The notes under the pieces are model-generated. The model ran no database searches. It was not told the DNA's origin and saw only the letters and a program-made list of their open reading frames with translations. Made by a program: the position numbers and the translations under genes. Of a stretch of DNA of 64,000 nt, positions 1 through 10,924 are shown in pieces (within the stretch, counting starts at the first letter, position 1; each line of letters opens with the position of its first letter). The stretch is taken from NCBI GenBank assembly GCA_030390025.1, contig JASTWF010000158.1, positions 558,001 through 622,000 of the forward strand, read 5' to 3'. Source of the DNA: Squalus acanthias (Eukaryota).

Positions 1-1592
1 ACATCTTTATGTTCATCTTAATGAGCTGTCTCCGGGTCTGTGGTGTTGATGGCTTGTTTTTTTTTAATCCCTGGTAAGGAATGTTTTGTTGTATAAGCCT
101 CAATGGTTTAATTAACATTAGCCTTTTTCCTAGCATTCAGTCTGACTCCATTTTGGGGACACATTTAAGGCAATCTTTCGGGCAGTTCTCCTACACACCT
201 CCTTTCAAAAGTTAGAACGGAGGTTCCCAGGTGTATGTCAATATATGCATGACATTCTGCAGGAGAGTGCGAATATTTGTAGGTGATTTCCCCCATATAG
301 AAAATGTTGAAAACCATTGTTCAAGGATAGACATAATCACTAGTTATGGAGACTAACTGCATCTTGGTGTCAAATATTTTTTAAATTCAGATCAACAGAT
401 TTAAAGGCTGTGAGTTGCTGAGTGTCTCTCGCAGTTGTTAAAAAAGATGCTTTGTTAATCACAGTAAGCAGCAATGGGTGGTGGGTTGCAAGGAAAGCTG
501 CTAAAATGTTATGTCACAAACAATGCCAACCTGAAAGCAGCAGGGAGCTCCAGTTGGGAGGCCAAAATCTGCAAGTTAATTTTTAAATCTTCTTTGGAAA
601 TAAAAATATGCTATAGAATATTAAGGCTGTTTAAAGAATAATGGTTAAAAATAAGACCATTGCAATAATAATGTTTTATATTTATGTTTATTGTTGTGTT
701 GCATGCAATGGATGGTTAACAGGAATGATATAACCCATAGAGGGAGATCTTGAGCTCTTTTGATAAAAATGGCCACCTCTTATTTTCACACGCAGATTTT
801 TAGTGACTCACTGTTCACTGTGCGGTTTCTGCATTTTTAAAGCTAAAGAATGTTACATGTTCACCTTTCAGCACTGGGATTTACTGATAGAAGTACTAAT
901 TTTAGAAACCACTACAATTAATAGAGAATCTAATTTTCATATAATAGCTAGAACTATTTTTTTTATTGACAACTAATTGAGCCAATTACAATTTAGCCAA
1001 GACAGCTGCTGTCCAATCAGCATATGAAAACTGAAAGATTGACAGAGAATTCAAGAAATTACAGGAAGGATTTTTGTTTTTGTAGTGTTACTAGAAATTC
1101 TGTATCATTTAAAGGACCGTTCCTTCCCATGTGGTTTCTGACACCTAAAGACGGCAAACCATAGTGAGCTGAAGCTTAATTTAACAGTGACAACGAATGA
1201 GATTTTGATTTTATCCATGACCAGTGATAATTAATGGTAGTAACAGCAACAACTCCAGCTCCGTTCCCCTATGGAAGCCCCAGAAATGCCAGTGTGACTT
1301 AAAAGAGGCAGAGACCCAGCGAAACAGGCCTCAGCTGCTTTTACCTGACCTTTGTGCTTGGGAAATGGGCGTTCCTCCTGGTCAAGGGTCAGGAAAATTA
1401 GCCTCATGCTGTGTTTGAGAGATTGGAGCCCGATGCTTTGGCAAACTGTTAAAATGAGGAGTTGTCAAATATTCCTTGCCTGAGAAATATTTGTTTAATT
1501 TTGGGACGTGAGAAGATCCATTTGCTGTCTCGGGCCTCTTTTCTTTAAGCTGCCCTTGGGGACAATATCAGATTCCAACTCAAATCTGCATA

Positions 1593-2111
1593 TTATGAGA
1601 CGGACTGATCAATTTGGAAAATATGAGCAACTAGGAATGAAAAATGGAAGCAGAAAGACACAACAGGGTAAATTTTGCTCTCAGGGCCGCGCACAACCAG
1701 TACATGTTGGATAATCACAGGCTTGCTTCCTGCGATTGTACAGCGTATATTCAGACTAGTACCATATGGGCTCGCAAAATTGAACCGATAGAGCAATGAG
1801 AATTGCTGCTTTCCTCCTTTTAGACACGTTGGGAACGAAAGGCTGATTCCATAGGCTGTGATTTTCTGTGCAATAAAAATGAATGGTGGAAAATCAAGGG
1901 TTTGCATGCCAGCGATTTCCAGAAACGCAATTCCTTTCGGTGCTGTTCCCTCCTTGAAGAACTGGATCACCGAATCACCCTTCAAATGTCTCACCAAATA
2001 TGAATGGTTGGAGAAACCTGGGCCGTGCACACCAAAGTTTTTGACTCGTAACATTGCCCCCAACATTTCGGGTGTAACCCTTCTTGGGAGTACTGAATTT
2101 GCCTCATTCAG
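1593..2111 (-). CDS. Open ORF resembling filovirus VP40 matrix protein (candidate endogenous viral element)
   Basis: About 170 stop-free codons. MLGAMLRVKNFG-VHGPGFSNHSYLVRHLKGDSVIQFF aligns by eye to recalled Ebola VP40 IMLASYTITHFG...[25 protein letters not shown], and YGISLSFP resembles PGISFHP. No search was run. Confidence 0.5.
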   Translation of the reverse strand: MNEANSVLPRRVTPEMLGAMLRVKNFGVHGPGFSNHSYLVRHLKGDSVIQFFKEGTAPKGIAFLEIAGMQTLDFPPFIFIAQKITAYGISLSFPTCLKGGKQQFSLLYRFNFASPYGTSLNIRCTIAGSKPVIIQHVLVVRGPESKIYPVVSFCFHFSFLVAHIFQIDQSVS

Positions 2112-2499
2112 TCACATAGTTAAGGGATATCTTTATGTTCTTTTGAACACTAGCAGATTGTATTATTATTTACTGAACCAATTTGTTTTAATTCAACAAG
2201 TAACTGTGTTGTCATTCAATAATAGCCCCAGGAACGTATGACAGTTTCACTTTTAACACCTCAATCTCTGCACATTGCACATTCTTTTCAACAACTGCAC
2301 GTGGGCTCACTTCAATGGACAACCATCACAAATAGTGTCAAAGCAGTTACATTTTTGGATTGAAGCCTTTCACGTTTATAATCCCTGAACACAATGCAAC
2401 AGTTAATTACACACTTTAATGCTTACCTGCCTGTCTCTATCTCTTTCTAGCTTCTATTTCTTTCCTCCGAAAGCTCACAATTCTTCTCGATCCCTCCTG

Positions 2500-3000
2500 T
2501 TGGTGCAGTTTTTTCATTCCCAGTTCCATCTCACCACCATTCCTAGCTACCTTCTCTGTTCTCTAAGTTTGCTTTTATTTGTCATTCATGTGAATATCGC
2601 TCCTCTGAGCAGTGAAAATATTGTTCATTGAGAGCCCTACAGAGTAAAATATATTTCTGACTGACTGCACTGTGTCAGCACTACAGACTTTATCCAAGGT
2701 TTCATCTTACCGCTAGGTTTTTGCTTTGATACAACAATAGGATGGTAGCAGAAGGAAGGCCAAGCCTTTCAATCCTGAATGTAAATTGAACTGCAGTGTG
2801 ATTAATACATTTATCATTGCAAAAATATTTATTTCTCCTAGTCTTTGGAAAGTGCATCCTATTATAATGACTGTAGCTGTAAAATCTAAGTGCTATGCAG
2901 ATCTTTTTGTTCAACGATTCCCTCGAAAGTTGCTTCATTTGATGGTTGCAGGCTGTTGAATTCACAAGTGATTTCTTTGCATGTTGAAAACAAATGCTTG
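2500..3000 (-). pseudogene. Very decayed nucleoprotein-like fragment (candidate EVE)
   Basis: Frameshifted translation gives HLDFTATVIII (~2880) and MKPWIKSVVLTQ (~2700). These match HKAVTATKLMT and LSPFIELIVLHQ of the 46 kb N-like relic at similar spacing. Confidence 0.3.
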
Positions 3001-4360
3001 TTAAATAGGGCAGTGCTGGAACTCATGTGACTTTGCTGTCGAGCATATGCCAATATAAATAGAACATGAATGACTCACAGTTTTACTGGGAAATTCATAT
3101 AAAAGACATATATGGACCCCTTCACTTTAAAAGAAATGGTGTTCTTACGCATTCTGTACCAGTAAAGATAAAATACACAGAAGTCTGAAATAGAACTGGA
3201 GAATACTGAAAATGCACAGCAATTCAGTTAGCATCTAAAAGAAAAACACAAAACAGTGCAGAAAAATAGCAAGAGACACAATGTTATACTAAAACTATCC
3301 CTGCAAGCAATAGTTTATGTTATTCTATAACTGAGGTTTGTGGTTGTTTGACAATGTCAGATAAATCTGTAAAAAGTAAGTATGGGCCAGACTCCAGGCC
3401 GTAGTGCATTTGTAGGGTAACAGAAAGCTGTGACAAAAATGTTTTCCCCGAAATTAAAATGGCTTATGTTACTGATTCCAGGTCCGGCATAATAAGAATA
3501 TTTGATATTGAAAAGAAAAGGACAAATGGTAGAGAAATCAATGTAGATTTTAAGCCTTTTTACAGCTGGCAGCAGACATGTTGTTCCTCAATTACTTTCA
3601 ATTTATCGTCAGTGAAAATAAAGAGGGAAAATGTACCAAATTAGAACAATCTACTAGACTAAAATTATATTGTTAAACCAGAATAAACTGAAAAATATAT
3701 AAGGAAACCATGTTGTTTATTATGACAGAAATCCCCAGTCTAATGATTCTAAGAACTATTAATATAGGACTTGAATTTAATGTTAGCTGACTAAGAAATT
3801 GTGAATGGATTTCTTTGTTTTTTTGCGCTGCTGGTCAGCATTCCATTTACTAGCAGAATGTTGCAGGCAAGATTCATGACACCATATATTAGTATCCCAG
3901 GATTCATTCTTTATTTTACAAACCAGTCGCCAATCCCATTTAGATTCAAATTGATTTTGCAAGTCGAAAAGAAAATATGCCAGTAGCAGTTGGAGTCTGT
4001 AACTAAAATGTTACAATGATACAATAGTGATCCTTTTAGCCAAACGCTTCTTCATGATAAAGAAGAACAGATGTATATATTACAGCGATACATGCACTGT
4101 GGATTAACTTGGCTTTGTAAAAAAAAAACTTTAAAATCACACAAGATGAGGGAAGAAAAGAGAACATATATTTTGTGACACGTTAACTGACCGTGCATTT
4201 ACGGTATTTTTATATGGTGTAGCTACATTCAAGAACTCCATTAAACTGTATCACAGTGAGGCTGGTCCTTACGACCATCCTATCAGAGAGCGGCTAACTC
4301 AGCATAGACCAAAACCCTGATTTTGCTGACCCGTGGCAAAGGCTCACCTGTGCCAATAAC

Positions 4361-4479
4361 CTGACGAAGGAGCAGCGCTCCGAAAGCTTGTGGTTTCAAA
4401 TAAAGCTGTTGGACTATAACCTGGTGTTGTGCAGCTTCTCACATTTGTCCACCCCAGTCCAACACCGGCATCTCCACAT
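4361..4479 (+). mobile_element. Penelope-like element terminal fragment carrying a minimal hammerhead ribozyme
   Basis: CTGACGA-A-GGAGC-agc-GCTCC-GAAAGCTT core followed by a shark PLE tail; AATAAC direct repeat at 4355-4360 and 4480-4485. Confidence 0.75.
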
Positions 4480-5344
4480 AATAACATGAGGGTCAAGCCA
4501 AACTGACTATTGCAATGGCAAACCTTCCCCCTAATTTGAATAGGCTACTATGATACAAAAAGCTTGGCCTGTCGAACACTTGACTTGGGAGTAAAATCTG
4601 GTGAGGCAGCAGCTGCTGAGGGGCTGTGGCTTGCCATCAAAGGGGAAGATGTGATGCGACAGAAAAATGGACCAATTAGTCACCATGGCTCAGTGGAAAC
4701 ATGTAGGCAACACTGCTCCCTTTGTTGCTGTAGAGTTGGAGGTTCTGCTGCAGGAAGCACACTAGAGGGAGGCAGCTCTTTCTGGAGCTATTCTCCAGTC
4801 AAAGCACAGGCGCCAACTGCATAAAAGGAGGTGGCTAACTGGGTCAATGCAATTGGCTGGGTTCCTCATACTTAGTCGCAAAGAGGTTTGCTGCTATCAG
4901 GAACAAGTGAAGGTAAGTGTGCTCCTCACTTTTGCAGATAATTCTTGGGGAGCCCAACAACCAAGCCACAAACCTAATTTGGAAACTGCTGCACTCTCTC
5001 AACAGTTTCATGTGAAGTACCGTTATTTTGCACACACACTTTCATTGCGCACCAAAACTTCATTGTAGGTGGAGGTGGCAACCGAAGAAGAGCAAGCAGA
5101 TACTGAGGGATCCAGGCCAAGGTGTTCTTCTGTGTTAGGGGGTTTCTCAAGGAGGATGCTGGCAAAGTCAAGTCTAAAGGTGCTGAGTGCATAGATAAGA
5201 GTTTTGGCATGAGTGGAGGTAAGGTAGAGGAAAACAATGTTGCGGAAGTAAATGGTCTTTGATTGATGGTAGTGGAGAGCATATGAGGTTTGAAGCTCAG
5301 CTCAGAGTGAAGCAGAATGTTGAGATTTCAGTTAAGCCTCCTCA

Positions 5345-5900
5345 ACAACAACAACTTGCATTTATATAGCACCTTTGACAAAGTAAAACATCCCAAGGCG
5401 CTTCACAGGAGCGTTATCAAACAAAATTTGACACCGAGCTACATAAAGAGATATTTGGACAGGTCTGGTCACAGAGGTAGGTTTTACAGAGTGTCTTAAA
5501 GGAGGAGAGCGAGGTAGAGAGGCGGAAAGGTTTAGGGTGGGAATTCCAGAGCTTAGGGCTTTGGCAGCTGAAGACACGGCCACCAATGGTGGAGCAATGA
5601 AAATCAGAATACGCAAGAGGGCAGAATTGGAGATGCGCAGAGTTCCAGAGGGTTGTTGGGCTGGAGGAGGTTACAGAGATAGGGAGGGGTGAGGCCATGG
5701 CAGGATTTGAAAGCAAGGATGAGAATTTTGAAATCGAGGCAATGTCGGACCAGGAGCCAATGTAGGTCAGCGAGCACAGGGGTGATGGGTGAACGGGACT
5801 TGGTGCGAGTCAGGACACGGGCAGCAGAGTTTTTGGATGAGCTCAGGTTTACGCAGGGTGCGAGGTGGAAGGCCGGCCAGGAGAGGATTGGATTAGTCGA
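5345..5900 (-). mobile_element. L2 LINE 3' end
   Basis: C-terminal ORF2-like peptide (…GGRVFSCQSPKLWNS…SLSSFKTLCKTYL) and an L2-type tail (…GGTGCTATATAAATGCAAGTTGTTG on the minus strand). Confidence 0.75.
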
Positions 5901-6369
5901 AGCAGTCAGAGAAGGTGGATGGAGTTAATAGCAAGGTTGCAGAGTTTTAGGTAGGGACTGAAAAGAATGGGTTCGGTCGACCTAATATTCAATTGTAAGA
6001 AATTGTGGCTCATGCATGACTCGCAGGTTGAAATTCTGCTAGGGGAGCATGGGCAGTGCTAGAGCATTTCCCCTGGCACGTTTCACATTTACAGTGCACA
6101 AAGAGGACCTGCTCCCAGGTTTTCCAACAATGATGTTGCACCGACAATGCATCAGAATTTGCAGGGCAGCCAGAACACCCCCACCCCCCACCACCACCAC
6201 CCTGCTCCCAGCTACATAAAATGAGTGGTCCTAATGAGGCCGCAGCGCAAAGCACCTGCTCCCCCGGCACTAATCCATTTGGAAAAACCAAGGCAAGCAC
6301 AAATCTGGCAGGTGGCCTCTGCCCCTGGTTTTCTGCTCCCAGTGTGCCTGCAGCATGCCTGAACTGTTA

Positions 6370-6960
6370 GAGCACAATTTCCACCTCGAAATGTTGACAA
6401 ACAGTCGTGACGGTACAAAGTCCTGGGGATGAGGGATGTGGGTGGAATGGTAGAGTTGGGACCATCAGCATCAATATGGAAGCTGACCCCATCCCTCGAA
6501 ATGGTGTCACTGAGTGGCGGTGCGCAGATGAGGAAGAACAGAGGGTCAAGGAGAGATCCTTGAGGAATTTCAGCTGCGACATTTCAGGAGCTGGAAGAGA
6601 AGCTGGAGCTGTCAGGTGGATCAAGGGAGAAGTTGGAGATGCACTTGGAACCACAGGAGGTGCTGTCCCACTGAGAGGGATCATGGAGGAGAGGTGATGG
6701 AGGAAGATGGCAAGATCAGCGCTGCAGACAGGCCAAGGATGGATAAAGCGCCACAGTCACAGTTACGAAGGATATCATTCGTGACTTTGACCAGAGCGGT
6801 CTTGGTATTGTGGGCAAGTCAGAAACTGGATTCCACTAGGAAGTTGTCAGAGAGATGAGCATGGAGTTGGGAGGTGATGACATGTTCAAGGACCTTGCAC
6901 AAGAGAGAGAGATTAGAGAGTGTGTGATAGTTGGAAGGGATGGGCAGACCAAGCGTGAGT
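6370..6960 (-). mobile_element. Decayed L2 LINE RT fragment
   Basis: Purine-rich plus strand typical of antisense L2 ORF2; decayed RT-like frames. Confidence 0.5.
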
Positions 6961-7106
6961 CAAGCTGCAAAATGATGGAAGATCAGGGTTAGGATGAGTG
7001 CAGTGCTGGGAGGTAGTTGACTGCAAGGAGAAGCAGGAGGAGGGAGTCATGGCACCTGAGGCAGCTGTGCGGGCAGTCTCCATCTTTGAGATCATCACCC
7101 TATTTG

Positions 7107-7196
7107 AGATCAGCTAACTCAGCATAGACCTTGGATCAAACCTGGGACTTCTGGTCTGTGGGATTCAACTTCTAAATGCTTTGACCTGCTGAATCA
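7107..7196 (-). mobile_element. LF-SINE-like 5' fragment
   Basis: Minus strand reads …GTCCCAGGTTTGATCCAAGGTCTATGCTGAGTTAGCTGATCTC, matching the recalled LF-SINE head. Confidence 0.5.
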
Positions 7197-7226
7197 TTGT
7201 TTATCTTTAGTAAATTAAAGCTACTG

Positions 7227-8119
7227 GGGGGAAAAATTCAGTTGGTTGCGCCTCCCGTTAGCACCTTAAGAGGGCGCTAATGGGGTGCAAAACAACTAGC
7301 GCCCAGGTGCGGCGATGTTTGCGCCGCTTGCGAAATTAACTAGACATTTTGCGGCGGCGCTAAACACTACCGCCACGATCTCCTGCGCGGGTAGATCGTG
7401 ACGTCAGTCGAGTGCGCAACGCCCCGGTAGCGCCCCGGAGCGGATATTGAGTGGCGCCCCCTGCCTTACCGCCTGCCGCTAGCAACGACAGGTTGAGGGG
7501 AGCGTTTTGCAGTCAGGAAGGGACTGGGGGAACGCTATTTAAAGGCGACCGCTTCCTGCCTTTTTTTGTTGGTGATATTTTTGAACCATGCATTCTGAGA
7601 GAGAGAGAGAGAGACTTCTGGAGAGACTCAACGCTGTGTGAAGGAGTTTTGGGTACTGAGCAGCACTTTGCAGGTTCATTTTGATTTGCCCTTCCTTGTA
7701 TCGATTTAGAAGAGACTGTGGGGGTTGCACTCTGAGCTCTTTCCCTGGTTCTCTCCATTGTTCTTTCCAGCAGATTTGATGTACAGGTCTCTCCAGGCCG
7801 AGATTCAAGGCTGCAATGAGCAGGATGTGGATGGAAAGCAAGATCAACCCTCCCCTTTAAGAACTGGCCCGGGCCATTGTGTCTGTGTTTCATTGCTGAC
7901 TGACATCACATGAGCTTCGCCAGCGCTCTGAGTTAGAGCCTCGCTCCTCGGCCTTTGCGCCTTAAGAGAGGTGTGAAGCGCCTGATTTAGCGCTCGAATC
8001 AACTCCAGGGGCGATAAAAGTCAAGTTTGCAGTCGGAGGCGATAATTAGCGCCAGGCGCTAATTTTTGCGCCCGGCCGATAATTGCGCCCCAAACGGGGC
8101 GATACTCAATTTTTCCCCC
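7227..8119. mobile_element. Non-autonomous PIF/Harbinger element (internal-deletion derivative of the 20643-24799 family)
   Basis: Ends GGGGGAAAAATTC / AATTTTTCCCCC. Left ~490 bp and right ~390 bp match the two ends of the full element. 3-bp TSD is CTG or TGG (G-run ambiguity). Confidence 0.9.
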
Positions 8120-8319
8120 TGGTGTTTTTTCCCCTTGTTCTATGTGGATAACTTTGTATCAACTAATAGTTTCTGATCTTATCTTCAGTTACAAGTATCC
8201 AAAAGCGCATTGCTGTTGGTAAAGGACCAACTGAGTCCCTTATTTTTCAGGCAACAATCTGTACAATGGCGTCAAAATGAATATTTGGAAAATGCACAGC
8301 TGAATAAAATTATATAGGC

Positions 8320-9355
8320 ACGGGACTTCCTTGGGAGTTCTGCCAGAAGTGGGAAAGGCTTGTGGGGTGATGGGGAAGTGGGATGTGAGAAGAAGGAGTA
8401 GGGATGAACATACCATTGTTGTCCCCAAGGGGGTCAACGTCGCGGTGGCCACGGTGCCCACCACCTGGCGCCCAATAATCTGCAGCCTCGAGTCTCAGAC
8501 AGTGGTTGGGTGTCGGCTTGTCCCCCGCCTGTGCACTCCTGCTCCCTCCTGTTGTGAGCCACCTTGGCCTGCAAGAGAAAGGAAAGTGTGTGTGAGTATG
8601 GAGCAATGTGTTTGGGTGATGTGCCTGCCATAGTTGAATAGCTGTCATTGTGTGCAAGGTGTGAGATGTGGGTGTGAGTGTTGGTAGCTAGAGATTGTTG
8701 GTGGGTGAGTGCTGGGGGTGTGGTGCTTTGGGCAGTGTGTGCAGACTGTGGTTCAGATGGTGGTATGTAGCATTTGTTGAAGCATTGACTCACCCTGACC
8801 ACCCAAGTGAGGTCGTTAAATTTCTTCCTGACTTGCTGGGCTACCTCCCTCCACATGGTGCAGAAGACTTGCGGCGAGGGCCTCCTGCCATGTGCCGGAT
8901 AGAGCACTGCCCTCCATCTTTCCACTGCAAACACCAACGCCTCCAATGCATGGTCGTAGAATCTGCAGGCTCTCTCCCTGGGGCGTGGATCTGCCATCAT
9001 TACGGCTGCTTGAGTCGTCCGGCTCCTTCTCCTTGACCTGCTGCTGCTGGCTGAGACGGCTGCACAGCCAGCAATGATGAGAATGAGGTTCTGCAGCATC
9101 AATGAACCTCTCCTTTAAGAACTGGAAAGAGCCTGTGGCAATGATGACTTGTGATTAGACTGCGCCTGATATTGGTCAGCGTTTCGAGTTTAACGCCACT
9201 GAGCTAGGCCATTAGCACTTGATTTAGCGCTCCAATCTTTCTTTGTGCAATGAGACTGAATTTTGCATGCAGTCTGAAGCATTAGCGCCTGGCGCTAATT
9301 CTCAAACTTTTCAAAAGTTAGCGCCCATTCCTGGGCTATAATGAATTTCTCCCCC
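8320..9355 (-). mobile_element. Truncated Harbinger right arm with decayed Myb/SANT gene (exons 1-2)
   Basis: MADPRPRERACRFYDHALEALV…WREVAQQVRKKFNDLT followed by a GTGAGT donor; exon 2 AKVAHNRREQECTGGG; terminus GAATTTCTCCCCC is identical to that of the full element. Confidence 0.85.
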
Positions 9356-9900
9356 TTCGACTCTAAAAGCAGAAGACAAGTTATGCTTTCTCCTCACGAC
9401 ACTTCAAAACCATCGTGTTTAACCACGATACAAAGAAGTTTGGGTATTAACCCTTAACTCCCCAAGATGTCCAACATATAACTCTCCAGAATGTCCAAGA
9501 GAGGTGATCTCCGCCACAGCCAGAAACAGGTCCAGCTCTCACTTGAAGGAATGCAGCGAATCAACGTCCACCACATGAGCCAGCAGCCTGTTCCAGAGAT
9601 CCGCTATTCTCTGGGAATCCCAAAGTAACCACCAGGAGCGATTTTTTCACGACCATAATTTTTATTTTATTGGACTAGCTAAATTACATGTTAATACAAT
9701 CTTTAAAATCATTCAGATTCAATATTAAATGACAAAAGGACAGCAGCTATTAGCAAAATGTGTGATTCCCTGTCCTGAAGTCCTGGCCAAGACCAAGAGA
9801 GTTCTTGCTGGTCTCAGGAATGTACTTATCCTGCATGTCCAGCATTATTCTTTTAAAGGTCTTCCATTTATCATATTCTGAAATGTTGAGAAACATCCTC

Positions 9901-10466
9901 ATAGAAACATAGAAACATAGAAGATAGGAGCAGGAGTGGGCCATTCGGCCCCTCGAGCCTGCTCCGCCAGTCGATGAGATCATGGCTGATCATCAAACTC
10001 AGTACCCTGTACCTGCCTTCTCCCCATATCCCTTGATACCTTTAGCTTTAAGAAATATATCTAACTCATTCTTCAATATATTTAATGACTTGGCCTCAAC
10101 TACCTTCTGTGGTAGAGAATTCCACAGGTTCACCACTCTCTGGGTGAAGAAATTCCCCCTCATTTCTGTCCTAAATGGCTTACCCGTTATCCTTAGATTA
10201 TGACCCCTGGTTCTGGACTCTCCGACCATTGGGGAACATTCTTCCTGCATCTAGTTTGTCCAGACCTGTCAGAATTTTATATGTTTCGATGAGATCCCCT
10301 CTCATTCTTCTATACTCCAGCGAGTATAAGCCCAATCGACCCAATCTCTCCTCATATGTCATTCCTGCCATCCCAGGTATCAGCCTTGTGAATCTTTGCT
10401 GAACTCCTTCCATGGCAAGAACATCCTTCCTCAGATAAGGCGACCAAAACTGCACACAATACTCAA
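9901..10466 (-). mobile_element. CR1 LINE 3' end
   Basis: QFWSPYLRKD…RRMRGDLIETYKI…FFTQRVVNLWNSLP; (ATAGAAAC)n tail. Confidence 0.95.
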
Positions 10467-10559
10467 CTCCTTCAATCTACTTATTTTAATTCTTCCCTCA
10501 TCTCTTTGAATTTAGCCACCTTGAGGTTTTAATCCTGGCTGCTGCTTTTTGGTATAATT

Positions 10560-10795
10560 GTGTCCCAGATCATGTTAAACTCCTGAGGTCACTGTTTCTC
10601 GGTGGTGCTAAAACTTCCATCCCCTGTACATTGTCTGGGTCATTTATGAATGCCAGGTCCAGATGAGCACTGCCTTTTGTAGCTTTCTTTACACGCTGAG
10701 TCAAGAAGCAGCCATGCATTACATTTAACAAGTCTGACTCGAAACCACTTGGGTTTTCCCAATTTATGTTGGGTTGACTGAAGTCTCCCATTAAT
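10560..10795 (-). mobile_element. CR1 endonuclease fragment
   Basis: MGDFSQPNINW…FLTQRVKKATKGSAHLDL. Confidence 0.75.
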
Positions 10796-10920
10796 ATAAA
10801 AACAGAAAATGCTGGAAAACACTCAGCAGGTCAGGCAGCCTCTGTGGAGAAAGAAACAGAGTTAACGTTTCAGGTCGATGACCTTTCATCAGATGTGGAA
10901 GAGGTTAAAGATTTAACAGT
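10796..10920 (-). mobile_element. Penelope tail fragment with minimal hammerhead ribozyme
   Basis: Minus strand CTGATGA-A-AGGTC-ATC-GACCT-GAAACGTTAAC at about 10861-10892; same family as 36400-36835. Confidence 0.8.
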
Positions 10921-10924
10921 TACA

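Noticed and set aside
4700-4920. Host exon ending AAG|GTAAGT
   Set aside because: Looks like a heavily decayed Harbinger Myb exon 1 (KEVANWVNAIG…) with stops; too weak to annotate.
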